NCBI GenBank assembly: GCA_964522215.1 | Contig: CAZFVR010000002.1 | Location: forward strand, 53,880 to 117,879 | Length of the DNA: 64,000 nt | DNA from: an uncultured Ruminococcus sp. | GTDB lineage: Bacteria; Bacillota; Clostridia; Oscillospirales; CAG-272 | Direction: 5' to 3' | In this document: piece after piece, positions 37,458 through 46,374 of the stretch | Layout of the letters: the number at the start of each line of letters is the position of its first letter | How positions within the stretch are numbered: position 1 is the first letter of the stretch | The notes under the pieces: model-generated | Seen by the model: the letters and a program-made list of their open reading frames with translations, nothing else | Database searches by the model: none | Told to the model about the DNA's origin: nothing | Position numbers and translations under genes: made by a program

Positions 37458-37486
37458 TTGCGGCGGCGGTCAGTTAGTGGTATAAT
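37458..37486 (+). promoter_or_regulatory. Promoter of the 1205-aa gene
   Basis: TTGCGG (37458-37463), 17-nt spacer, TGgTATAAT extended -10 (37478-37486). Confidence 0.55.
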
Positions 37487-37568
37487 TATTATGGATACAT
37501 TTAATGTAGCATATAATGCAACGCTTGATCCATTATTCTGATCATCACTCCGGGAAAGGGGAAAACCA

Positions 37569-40500
37569 ATGAATACTATCGGTAAGGACAACATAAAACT
37601 GTGGCATTCACCCGCGGCATATGCCGTGGTGGGGCACGGACAGGCTATATTTGCGGCTATCGAGCATTCCGCGGCCACACTTGAGGGGGAGCTGCCGCCA
37701 AGACTTGAGCTTTCGCTCTTGCCCTGCGGTGCATCGGCGGAGACGCGCCAAATGACCCCGTGCGATTCCTTTTCATGCGGGGATCGTTCATTTGAGATAT
37801 ATTCGGCGCATATTCCCGCCGCGTTGATGACGGCTGGGCGGCTCTCCTATTCAATATCCGGCGGCGGCATGCGCGGTGACTATTCGCTTGAGGTCACATC
37901 TCTCCCCGAGCCTCCCCCGATAATTATAACCGAGATGTTTTTGAGGGCAAAGGGTGCGGAGCACGCCGCGTACCTTGAGCTTTGCGCTGCGGGCGGCAGG
38001 GATGTGGATCTTTATGATTGGGAGCTTATGCTCATCTCCGAGCTGACCTCCCCTGTGCGCTATCCGCTGGCACTTGAGCGCGGGACTATCCTGCACGCGG
38101 GCGAGGTGGCGGCATGGTGGCCGATAATGCAGCGCAATTTCGGCATAGGCAAGTCGGGGCGCGATGCCACGACACCTACCGATTTTTGCGCGGATCTTAA
38201 TTCAATGTACTATCCGCCCGTTCCCCCGGCAGATCCTGCGGAGATAAGGATAATTTCGGCCGGATACGCCGAGCGTGGTGAGGATGGAGCGGTGCAGGTC
38301 AAGGTCGATGTTGAGCCGTTCCCGTATGAATACAACCCTTGGATTATAAGCCTTGTACCGCGCGGAGGAGATACGGCGGATGCCGTTTACACGCTTACCT
38401 ATAACAATGTCTGGGGCAGGTGGGATGCGCATGTGCGCCGCGCCTCCGAGTGGGGGATCGATCTGCGCCACCCCAATGTTGCGGTAAATCTGCGCCATAA
38501 TGCCGACCCGACTCCCGGGCTGCTCAGTCCCATGCAGGCACTGCCGAACGCTGACTCTCCCGCGCCGCTTATCCTGCCGCTCGCGCCCGAGGGGGATCTT
38601 TATATCGGTGACGAGAGGCATGAGATAGTATTTGCCGCGCTGACCCCGAATGGGGAGAGCACCGTGACCGCCGCTTGGGCTGATGTTGCGGCAGACGGCA
38701 AGACCGTTCGCCTTAATGCCGTGGCGGGGGAGGATGGCCTTTGGCATGCATCGATCCCGCGCAAGCTCATTGAGCGCATGTCGCGGCTTGAATATTCCAT
38801 TGGTGCAACAAACGGCACTCGTGATACGGTGGTGAGGTCACTTACTGCCGCCGTGTTCGATAACGCAGGTCCGCGCATCCTCTCCATGCGCCCCACACAG
38901 CACTACGCATATGACATTGGCGGGAATTTGGATATAACGGCAAGCTGGTTCGATATCTCCGGCGTGCGTCTCTCCGAGTGCCGCCTGCTGCTTGATGGTC
39001 GCGATACTACATTTGCGGCGGATTGGAGTGCGGATGGTGTGCGCCTTGCGGCGCCGCACCTCATGCGGGCGGGAGATCACACTCTGCGCCTTGAACTTTG
39101 TGATATGCTCGGCAACAAGACCGTGCGACGAGTGGAATTTTCGGTCTCGGATATGAGCGAGCTTTTTGCCTATCGCGGCGAAGTGCATACACACACGTCT
39201 ACCTCCGATGGCGTTGGCACGCCTGCCGATGCTTACAGGTACGCGCGTGACGTTGGCGGAGTTGACTATTTTGCCGTGACAGACCATTCGCATTATGTGG
39301 TGGATGACGAGGAGTCGCAGGATCGCCTGATCGAGGTGGCGGACGAATTTGAAGATCCGGGTCACTTTGCGGCGCTTTACGGATACGAGATGACTTGGAA
39401 CATGAAGTGCGGTTACTGGGGTCATATGAATGTACTCGGTGCATCCGAGATACAAAACCGCATATTTACCACCACGCTCCCCGAGCTTTACAGCAGGTTA
39501 TCCGAGGATAGCTCCGCTGTTGCAATGTTCAACCACCCCGGCTACCCTTGGGGCAACTTTGATGAGTTTGCCTACCTCACCCCCGGAGCTGATGAGCATG
39601 TTTGCCTCTCCGAGATACGCGAGGGGTCATATGATCGCGAGTATGCCGCATCCCTTGCCGCGGGCTGGCATACGGGACCGGTTTCAAATGAGGATAACCA
39701 CTCTGCTAACTGGACTACGGCCAGACGCGCCATTGGCTTTGTTTTGGCACCGTCCCTGACCCGCGAGAATATAATGGATGCCTTTAGGGCGCGCCGAACC
39801 TATACCGCGGCCGAGCCCACGCTTAAGATCAAATACCGCGTAAACGGACAATGGCTCGGCTCTCGCCTTAATGCCCCGGAAAAGCTTGATTTTGATATTG
39901 ATATCTCCACCGAGGATGAGGGCGGTATCGGCAGGATCGAGATAGTGGCAGAGGATAATATAGTCGTTGCATCAAAAAACGCGGGTGCGCGGCGTTCTGT
40001 AAAATGGACACCCACTCTACTCCCGGAATTTGATTATTACTACCTGCGCATAACGGCACACGGTAAGTATTCGGTCACCGCCCCCGTTTGGATAGAAAAC
40101 AGGCGGCAGGTGACTATCGGTGCTATCGAGAGCGGAATGTCATACAACACGCGCCTTGGCACTGCCGTGCGCCTGCGCGTGACTAATTCCGGCGAGGATA
40201 AATTGCGCGATGTTCGCGCCGAGCTTTATATCTCAAGCACCGCGGGACTGGACATCAGGGACGAGGAGCCGTATTGCGTGGTGCATTGCGGTGATATGTC
40301 GGCGGGCAGGTCTGTTCGCATCAGCCGTTCCGTTCCCGAGCATGCTGATCTGCGCAGGCTCTGTGTTGTTGTAACGGCAGAGGTGGACGGCACTCGCCGT
40401 GCCATGGCGACTGCATCTACCATCATTTCGCCGGTAACGATAACCGAGGTGCTGCCCTACAGCATGGCGGCGGAGCACGGCGGCGTCATGATAGATGATC

Positions 40501-41186
40501 CCTATCCTTACCTTACGCTCTACAATTCCTCATCTCGCGCACAGGAGCTTGGAGGAATGACCCTCAGGCTTTGGCACACCACGGGCAAAGCACCAAGCGA
40601 GGCTCGCACATGGCGCATCCCGGCGGGGACTGTGATCGCGCCGCGCTCCGCCCTTGTTGTTTGGGTCCGCTCGGCAGAGGCAGAAGCGGCAGGGCTGGGC
40701 GTTGACGATTTTAACGCCTGCTACGGCACTACCCTTAAGGCGGGGGAGGATATCATAATCTGCAATAAGGCGATACTATCGCACTCCGAGTTCGGACGTC
40801 GCCTTGAGCTGGTGTCGGGTGAGGTCATCTCTCGCGTGCATTGGAACTACGGTATGGCGTTTGACGGCGATGCGCATCGCGGTCGAGCACGCAGATATCT
40901 AAAGCGCGCGGGGCTTTATCCAACATCAACGCCGATAGGACTTTTTGATCCCACACCCGGATACATCAGCGATGAACAGCGCACACCCGAGATCCCCACA
41001 TCTCCCGCACGCGGCGAGAAACGCAACATGAAACGCGGTGTGGCGAGAGATCAAAAGCTAAAGGCACGCCGCGAGAGACTGAGGCGCACAAACAGCGAAA
41101 CGGCGGCCCTTGCGGCACTTTCCGCCGCCGCGGTCGGTACTGCAGCGGCACTTGCGGCCGTGATTGGCGGACGATCAAAAAAATGA
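37569..41186 (+). CDS. Large PHP-domain metallophosphoesterase (CehA/McbA-like) with lamin-tail-like domains and a C-terminal transmembrane anchor
   Basis: - PHP signature ..YRGEVHTHTSTSDGVGTPADAYRYARDVGGVDYFAVTDHSHYV..GYEMTW..GHMNVLG..MFNHPGY...
- Two LTD-like segments (..IITEMFLRAKGAEHAAYLELCA..DLYDWEL.. and ..ITEVLPYS..YLTLYNSSSRAQELGGMTLRLWH..).
- A basic stretch plus TM at the extreme C-terminus (..RRERLRRTNSETAALAALSAAAVGTAAALAAVIGGRSKK).
- No N-terminal signal peptide. Confidence 0.75.
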   Translation: MNTIGKDNIKLWHSPAAYAVVGHGQAIFAAIEHSAATLEGELPPRLELSLLPCGASAETRQMTPCDSFSCGDRSFEIYSAHIPAALMTAGRLSYSISGGGMRGDYSLEVTSLPEPPPIIITEMFLRAKGAEHAAYLELCAAGGRDVDLYDWELMLISELTSPVRYPLALERGTILHAGEVAAWWPIMQRNFGIGKSGRDATTPTDFCADLNSMYYPPVPPADPAEIRIISAGYAERGEDGAVQVKVDVEPFPYEYNPWIISLVPRGGDTADAVYTLTYNNVWGRWDAHVRRASEWGIDLRHPNVAVNLRHNADPTPGLLSPMQALPNADSPAPLILPLAPEGDLYIGDERHEIVFAALTPNGESTVTAAWADVAADGKTVRLNAVAGEDGLWHASIPRKLIERMSRLEYSIGATNGTRDTVVRSLTAAVFDNAGPRILSMRPTQHYAYDIGGNLDITASWFDISGVRLSECRLLLDGRDTTFAADWSADGVRLAAPHLMRAGDHTLRLELCDMLGNKTVRRVEFSVSDMSELFAYRGEVHTHTSTSDGVGTPADAYRYARDVGGVDYFAVTDHSHYVVDDEESQDRLIEVADEFEDPGHFAALYGYEMTWNMKCGYWGHMNVLGASEIQNRIFTTTLPELYSRLSEDSSAVAMFNHPGYPWGNFDEFAYLTPGADEHVCLSEIREGSYDREYAASLAAGWHTGPVSNEDNHSANWTTARRAIGFVLAPSLTRENIMDAFRARRTYTAAEPTLKIKYRVNGQWLGSRLNAPEKLDFDIDISTEDEGGIGRIEIVAEDNIVVASKNAGARRSVKWTPTLLPEFDYYYLRITAHGKYSVTAPVWIENRRQVTIGAIESGMSYNTRLGTAVRLRVTNSGEDKLRDVRAELYISSTAGLDIRDEEPYCVVHCGDMSAGRSVRISRSVPEHADLRRLCVVVTAEVDGTRRAMATASTIISPVTITEVLPYSMAAEHGGVMIDDPYPYLTLYNSSSRAQELGGMTLRLWHTTGKAPSEARTWRIPAGTVIAPRSALVVWVRSAEAEAAGLGVDDFNACYGTTLKAGEDIIICNKAILSHSEFGRRLELVSGEVISRVHWNYGMAFDGDAHRGRARRYLKRAGLYPTSTPIGLFDPTPGYISDEQRTPEIPTSPARGEKRNMKRGVARDQKLKARRERLRRTNSETAALAALSAAAVGTAAALAAVIGGRSKK

Positions 41187-41307
41187 TAAAGGTCGATGCC
41201 CCACATGAGGGGCTTTGGCGATCGACTCCTTGAGATCCTCACATAAAAAACAAAAAAGAACTTAAAAACAAAAAGCCCCGCTGCGGCGGGGCCGGGGGGA
41301 GACTAAA

Positions 41308-42282
41308 ATGGCAGAGATCTATCCTATGCATATTTCCTATACGTCAAGATCCCCGATATGGGGCGGCAAAACGCTCGCACAGCGCTTTGGCAAGACCACA
41401 GCGGGGGGCAATAACGCGGCGGATGTTAACATAGGCGAGACGTGGGAGCTTTCGGTGCGGCAGGATGCCATGAGCCGCATACTTGATGGCAGATACGCCG
41501 GCATGTCGCTTGCGGAGTATATCGACCTCAGCGGCGGCGCGGCGGTGGGAGAGGGCTTTGCGCCGGGTGATAACTTTCCTCTGCTTATAAAGTTTATCGA
41601 TGCCGCCGACAGGCTGTCGGTGCAGGTACACCCTGATGACGATTACGCTGCCCGCATCGAGGGTGGCAACGGCAAGACCGAGATGTGGTATATCATCGCC
41701 GCCGAGCCGGGCGCGGAGCTTATAATGGGGCTTTGCGACGGCATAGATCCCGCCGAATTTCGCGCGGTGGCAAGGCGCGGGGAGGATGTATCCCCCCTGC
41801 TTTGCCGCAAAAAGGTGCGGGCGGGGGAGTGCTTTTTCATCCCCTCCGGCATGATACACGCCATAGGCAGAGGAATACTTATAGCCGAGATACAGCAAAA
41901 CTGCGACCTTACCTATCGCGTTTGGGACTGGGCGCGTGTGGATAGCTCGGGGCGGCCGCGCGAGCTGCATGTGGAGCGCGCTTGCGAGGTTGTGCGCGCA
42001 TTTACGCCCGCCGAGGTCGAGGCGAAGAGGTTTGAATGCTCCCGTGCCGACGATGTGCTTGCCTCCTGCAGGTATTTTACCGTAAAGCTCGGCCAAGGTG
42101 GCAACAGCTTTACGGCGGGGGCGGATTCCTTTAATTCTGTTCTCTGCTTTGAGGGGCAGGGGACTGTGGAATGGTCGGGCGGCAGTGTTGCTCTTGCGGC
42201 GGGTGACAGCATTTTTATACCCGCGGGTCTTGGAGATTATACCCTCCGCGGCAACGTCCGCGCACTGATAAGCCGGGTGTGA
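41308..42282 (+). CDS. manA: Mannose-6-phosphate isomerase, class I
   Basis: ..FPLLIKFIDAADRLSVQVHPDDDYA..GKTEMWYII..IHAIG.. are cupin-type PMI motifs. Confidence 0.88.
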   Translation: MAEIYPMHISYTSRSPIWGGKTLAQRFGKTTAGGNNAADVNIGETWELSVRQDAMSRILDGRYAGMSLAEYIDLSGGAAVGEGFAPGDNFPLLIKFIDAADRLSVQVHPDDDYAARIEGGNGKTEMWYIIAAEPGAELIMGLCDGIDPAEFRAVARRGEDVSPLLCRKKVRAGECFFIPSGMIHAIGRGILIAEIQQNCDLTYRVWDWARVDSSGRPRELHVERACEVVRAFTPAEVEAKRFECSRADDVLASCRYFTVKLGQGGNSFTAGADSFNSVLCFEGQGTVEWSGGSVALAAGDSIFIPAGLGDYTLRGNVRALISRV

Positions 42283-42291
42283 TGCCGGGCG

Positions 42292-42333
42292 GGGAAAATA
42301 AAAAGAAACAGCCGAGCGATAACGCTCGGCTGT
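42292..42333 (-). terminator. Terminator of rplJL (reverse strand), between convergent rplL and manA
   Basis: ACAGCCGAGCG-ATAA-CGCTCGGCTGT hairpin, followed on the reverse strand by TTCTTTTTATTTT. Confidence 0.8.
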
Positions 42334-42366
42334 CCCTTTACAGCAGGATTTGTTGTATAGGGTCGA

Positions 42367-42747
42367 TTATTTGATCTCGACAGTAGCGCCGGCCTCGGTG
42401 AGCTGAGCCTTGATGGACTCTGCCTCATCCTTGGAGCAGCCTTCCTTGAGAGTCTTGGGAGCGCCCTCAACGAGCTCCTTAGCTTCCTTAAGTCCGAGAC
42501 CTGTGATCTCGCGAACGACTTTGATAACGCCGAGCTTGCTGGAGCCGAAACTTGCAAGAACAACATCAAATTCGGTCTTCTCTTCAGCAGCGGCGGGAGC
42601 AGCTGCGCCACCGGCAACAGGGCCGGAGACCATAGCGGCGGCGGAGACGCCAAAGGTTTCCTCTACCTCTTTAACAAGGTCAGAGAGTTCAAGAATGGTA
42701 AGAGCTTTTATCTCTTCTACGATAGCAGTAATCTTTTCGGATGCCAT
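42367..42747 (-). CDS. rplL: 50S ribosomal protein L7/L12
   Basis: [38 protein letters not shown].. with an Ala-rich hinge and the C-terminal ..[24 protein letters not shown]. Confidence 0.96.
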   Translation of the reverse strand: MASEKITAIVEEIKALTILELSDLVKEVEETFGVSAAAMVSGPVAGGAAAPAAAEEKTEFDVVLASFGSSKLGVIKVVREITGLGLKEAKELVEGAPKTLKEGCSKDEAESIKAQLTEAGATVEIK

Positions 42748-42807
42748 TTCAGTAATCCTCCTAAAATGAATAGATTAATATTTTTAAATTTCAGATCCGC
42801 GGACCTA

Positions 42808-43341
42808 TCAGGCCTCTGCGGGAGCGGCTTCTGCCGCGGGGGCTTCCTCCGCGTCCTTCTTGGATGCGGCGTCAAGCACAAATGCGAGCTTGTAAAGCGG
42901 GCTGAGCAAGCTGCCAAGCAGTTTGCTGACGAGAACTTCCTTGGAAGGAGTCTGGGCGAGCTCGATTACCTGAGCCTCGTCGAGGACCTTGCCGTCTACG
43001 TATCCTGTCAAAAGCTTGAAGGATTCGATCTTGTCGGCGTATTCCTTAAGGATCTTCGCGGGTGCAACCGCGTCGTTCTCGCTGATCGCAATAGCGGTCA
43101 TGCCGGTGAGGTGCTGTTTGATCTCCGAGTATCCGCACTCGTCGCAGGCTCTGCCGGTCAGGGTGTTTTTAACGACCATATACTTAACGCCTGCTTCACG
43201 CAGTGCCTTACGCATCTTGGTATCGTCATCAACGGTAATGCCCTGATAATTGACAATAACGCCGGAAACGGAATTACGGATCAGTTCGGAAAGGTCGGAA
43301 ACAACCTGCTGCTTTTGCTCAAGTATGGCGTTGCTGGGCAT
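42808..43341 (-). CDS. rplJ: 50S ribosomal protein L10
   Basis: ATG at 43341 (MPSNAILEQKQQVVSDLSELIRNS..), SD AAAGGAG. The track ORF extends artificially to 43458. Confidence 0.94.
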   Translation of the reverse strand: MPSNAILEQKQQVVSDLSELIRNSVSGVIVNYQGITVDDDTKMRKALREAGVKYMVVKNTLTGRACDECGYSEIKQHLTGMTAIAISENDAVAPAKILKEYADKIESFKLLTGYVDGKVLDEAQVIELAQTPSKEVLVSKLLGSLLSPLYKLAFVLDAASKKDAEEAPAAEAAPAEA

Positions 43342-43522
43342 GTTATTATCTCCTTTGATCGTTGATCGGTCCCATAAAGGGTAAAAAAATATCTTTCTCC
43401 CGCGGAAAACGCTCCACGCCGAGAAAGACACGCAAAATATATTGAAGACGAACTTCAAGTATCGTGTTTACCTCGGCAGGGTGGCTTGCGCTTTTACGGG
43501 AACCTGCTGTCTTAAGTCAACG
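43342..43522 (-). promoter_or_regulatory. L10 (rplJ) ribosomal-protein leader with attenuator terminator
   Basis: A ~180-nt 5-prime UTR between the consensus promoter and rplJ. It contains UCUUUCUC..GAGAAAGA (43393-43428) followed by UAUUUUUUU, which fits the attenuation-type L10 leaders of Firmicutes. Confidence 0.65.
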
Positions 43523-43528
43523 GTTGAT

Positions 43529-43557
43529 ATTATACACGCATTTTTGCGTTTTGTCAA
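43529..43557 (-). promoter_or_regulatory. Consensus sigma-A promoter of rplJL
   Basis: On the reverse strand: TTGACA (43552-43557), 17-nt spacer, TATAAT (43529-43534). Confidence 0.7.
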
Positions 43558-43726
43558 TAGCTTTTTTGAAAAAAGTCGCGATTTCCTGCATTTTTTCTTT
43601 CCGATTTGATGCCGGGGGCGAAATTGGAGTGCCGCGTACACAATGAATTCATAATTTTGTATTATAATAGGGTCTGCAAAGGGCGCATGCCGCTCGGAAA
43701 GGACCCGGAGCTTTTTCGGTAACACT

Positions 43727-44755
43727 ATGGATACTAACACAAAGCAAATATCAAATAAAGATAATTTCGAAAAAAACAATAAAAAAGGACGGGGCAGCGC
43801 TCTGCCGCAGGTGAATGCTCGCCTGTGGGCTGTGCTCGTACTGTTCGCGGCTCTTGCGGCCGCCGTGCTCAGAACTGCGGCGATACTTTTCTCGTATGAT
43901 GCCGAGATAGGCTATTTTGCACGCGGTACGGCTCTGCCGGTGCTTGCTGATGTTACCTGTATCGTCGGCACTGTTGCGGCTATCGGCTTTGCATTCTTTT
44001 GCCGCCCGCGCTGCCGTGCGATATATAATGCCGGAGCACGTGCTTCCGCTCCGGTCTATTTTGCCACGGCTTATGCAGCGTTCGTGATGCTTGGGACCTT
44101 CATGCATGAGCTTTGGCGTTGCCTTAGCGAGCGCACTGCGGCATCCAATTTTGAAAAAGCCGCCGCGGTGGACAACGCGTACACCGCGCGCAGCTTGCGC
44201 ATACAGGGCGTGCTTATTATCATCGGAATCATCGCCTCGGCCGTCTCCGCAGTCTATTTCTTTTGCAGGCTCAGCGGCAAGGGCTGGCGCGAGTGGTATG
44301 TGATACTGGGCTTTGCCCCGGGTATGCGCGGTGTTGCCGGCATGGCAACGATCTATTTTGATATGACGGTGGAGATGAACAGCCCCAACAAGATGCTGCT
44401 TCAGCTGGCACTGATATCCGTTATGCTTTACTTCCTGCTTGAGCTGCGCATGCTGCTTGGCGAAAAAAAAGCGCGACCGCGTGCATATGCCGCTGTCGGT
44501 CTTGCCGCCACGGTGCTTACTGTCGCAGCGTCGGTATCGCTTATTGCGGCGTACTTTGCGGGGCAGGTGTCAAACGCGTATTTCTTTACCGAGTCTTTCT
44601 TCTGTTTTAATATGATGATATACATCATGGTGCGCACGGTGGCGTTTATTGAAGGGCCGTATACCAAGGCGGACGAGTTCGATGGTGCCGAGTGCGAGCC
44701 CGCCCCCGTGCCCGCGGATGCGGATGTGGATGACGAGCAGTGCAGCGGCAATTGA
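43727..44755 (+). CDS. Hypothetical polytopic membrane protein
   Basis: 342 aa with about 7-8 hydrophobic helices and an acidic C-terminal tail. I recognise no family. Confidence 0.6.
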   Translation: MDTNTKQISNKDNFEKNNKKGRGSALPQVNARLWAVLVLFAALAAAVLRTAAILFSYDAEIGYFARGTALPVLADVTCIVGTVAAIGFAFFCRPRCRAIYNAGARASAPVYFATAYAAFVMLGTFMHELWRCLSERTAASNFEKAAAVDNAYTARSLRIQGVLIIIGIIASAVSAVYFFCRLSGKGWREWYVILGFAPGMRGVAGMATIYFDMTVEMNSPNKMLLQLALISVMLYFLLELRMLLGEKKARPRAYAAVGLAATVLTVAASVSLIAAYFAGQVSNAYFFTESFFCFNMMIYIMVRTVAFIEGPYTKADEFDGAECEPAPVPADADVDDEQCSGN

Positions 44756-44873
44756 TAAGATATTTGTGACCGAGAATTCCTACCTATTTATTATATAGTA
44801 TATATGATGGCATGACCGGCGGGAGGGAGATGCACCCCCGGGTGATCCCCGCCGCAGCTGTGGAGGCAATGAT

Positions 44874-45470
44874 ATGGGCGGCGTAGCGGCAAACGCGAAT
44901 GAGCGGATAAGATGGTTACATAAAAAGATAGCGGACGGTTCTTACCCCAATGCCGTCCGCCTTTCCGAGCGTTTTGGCGTTTCTCGCCGACAGGCCACGC
45001 GAGATGTTGAATATATGCGCCGCGAGCTTTCGGCGCCTATAGAATATGATAAGAGCAGACGCGGTTTTTACTATTCTGCGGATTTTGCGCTTCCGGCGAC
45101 CATCAGTGTGGCACAGCCGGATGATTATGTTGAATGCATAGCCGCCATGGGCGATATCTCGGCGGCGGGCGGTGCTCGCAGCATTGGCGATAATAGCGAG
45201 CTGACACAGATGAGCATTCCCTATACCGCGATACTCGAGATACCGGATAAGCTGACCGTCATAAAGCTCGGCCGCCTCATCAGTGGTCGTGTGCCCGCGC
45301 GGCGCGGCGACAAAAAGAGCAGATACATCTGCGAATTCGGCAGTGTTGAGGCCTTTTTGGGCGCTATAATGGCACTTGGGGCGCCGGTAACGATAGTAAG
45401 CCCGGAGTGGCTGAGGCAAAGATTGCTTGAAAATGCCGAGTCACTTATAAAGGCTAACGGAGATGTGTGA
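44874..45470 (+). CDS. YafY/PafC-type HTH transcriptional regulator with WCX-like C-terminal domain, apparently lacking the WYL domain
   Basis: N-terminal ..YPNAVRLSERFGVSRRQATRDVEYMRRELSAPIEYDKSRRGFYYS.. (HTH_11 type). C-terminal ..FGSVEAFLGAIMALGAPVTIVSPEWLRQRLLE.. (WCX-like). Only about 40 aa lie between them. SD GGAGG. Confidence 0.65.
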   Translation: MGGVAANANERIRWLHKKIADGSYPNAVRLSERFGVSRRQATRDVEYMRRELSAPIEYDKSRRGFYYSADFALPATISVAQPDDYVECIAAMGDISAAGGARSIGDNSELTQMSIPYTAILEIPDKLTVIKLGRLISGRVPARRGDKKSRYICEFGSVEAFLGAIMALGAPVTIVSPEWLRQRLLENAESLIKANGDV

Positions 45471-45523
45471 ATGTTGCACAAAAAATGCCGTGAAAAATCG
45501 TGAAAATTCTACATGCGATCCTA

Positions 45524-45552
45524 TTGCATAATTGCGTTATTTATAGTATAAT
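45524..45552 (+). promoter_or_regulatory. Consensus-like promoter about 350 nt upstream of rpsJ
   Basis: TTGCAT (45524-45529), 17-nt spacer, TATAAT (45547-45552). Confidence 0.6.
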
Positions 45553-45902
45553 ATCAAAGCTTGATGTGCGAAGTGTGCGTTGAAGCGAAAGGTTGCCGTC
45601 GGGGTCTACCGCCGCGGCGGGTAATTTTCGTGGAGTATGTCCGTAAAAACGGGCGAGATCCGCTGATCGAACATGGTTCGTCTGCGGTGATGGGTAATGT
45701 CAAGCACCCCCCAGCGTATACCGGAGTTTGCCGGTCGTCTTGTCGTGACTGACGAGGTGGCAGATTTCGGGTTTTTGTATGAAGCAAAAAGAAACGCGCG
45801 GGACGGTGCAAAAGCAAAAAGATCCCCCAAATGGAACGCAGTAACGCGCAAAAGCCACATTTTATTATACGCAGCGCGTAAATCCAAAAGGAGGAAAAAG
45901 AA

Positions 45903-46214
45903 ATGGCAGTAAAAGAGAAGATCAGGATCCGCCTTAAGAGCTACGACCACACATTGGTCGATGCGGCGGCCGCCAAGATCGTCGAGGTTGCAAAGCGCAA
46001 CGGCGCCGAGGTCTCCGGTCCGATCCCGCTCCCCACGGAGAAGGAGATCGTCACCATCCTTCGTGCAGTCCATAAATACAAGGACAGCCGCGAGCAGTTC
46101 GAGCTTCGCAACCACAAGAGACTTATCGATATCGTTAAGCCTTCCAAGAAGCTGACCGAGGAGCTGATGAACATCGAGCTTCCCGCCGGCGTTGACATTC
46201 AGGTGACCCTCTGA
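45903..46214 (+). CDS. rpsJ: 30S ribosomal protein S10
   Basis: [40 protein letters not shown].. SD AAAGGAGG. Confidence 0.97.
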   Translation: MAVKEKIRIRLKSYDHTLVDAAAAKIVEVAKRNGAEVSGPIPLPTEKEIVTILRAVHKYKDSREQFELRNHKRLIDIVKPSKKLTEELMNIELPAGVDIQVTL

Positions 46215-46374
46215 TCCAAATAAAGGATCAAGAGCGGCGGCTAATGTCGCACTCGCGGACATGCTCCGCGGCCCTAACACTTAAAAACAAGCCCGAAAGG
46301 GTGCTTGTTGGTCAAGTTGGCGCAATCCGAAAGGAAAATCCAAAAACGCCAACCAATAACCCACAGGAGGAAAA

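Noticed and set aside
41245-41292. GC hairpin GCCCCGC-TGCG-GCGGGGC with a long T-run on the reverse strand, just upstream of manA.
   Set aside because: It is oriented as a reverse-strand terminator with no reverse-strand gene feeding it. It is probably a safeguard against antisense read-through from rplJL, or a 5-prime stabiliser of manA mRNA. It is not distinctive enough for a finding.
45561-45752. 63-aa Cys-rich ORF (MMCEVCVEAKGCRRG..) in the rpsJ leader.
   Set aside because: It has no SD, an Arg/Pro-rich unstructured sequence, and overlaps predicted RNA hairpins. I treat it as non-coding.
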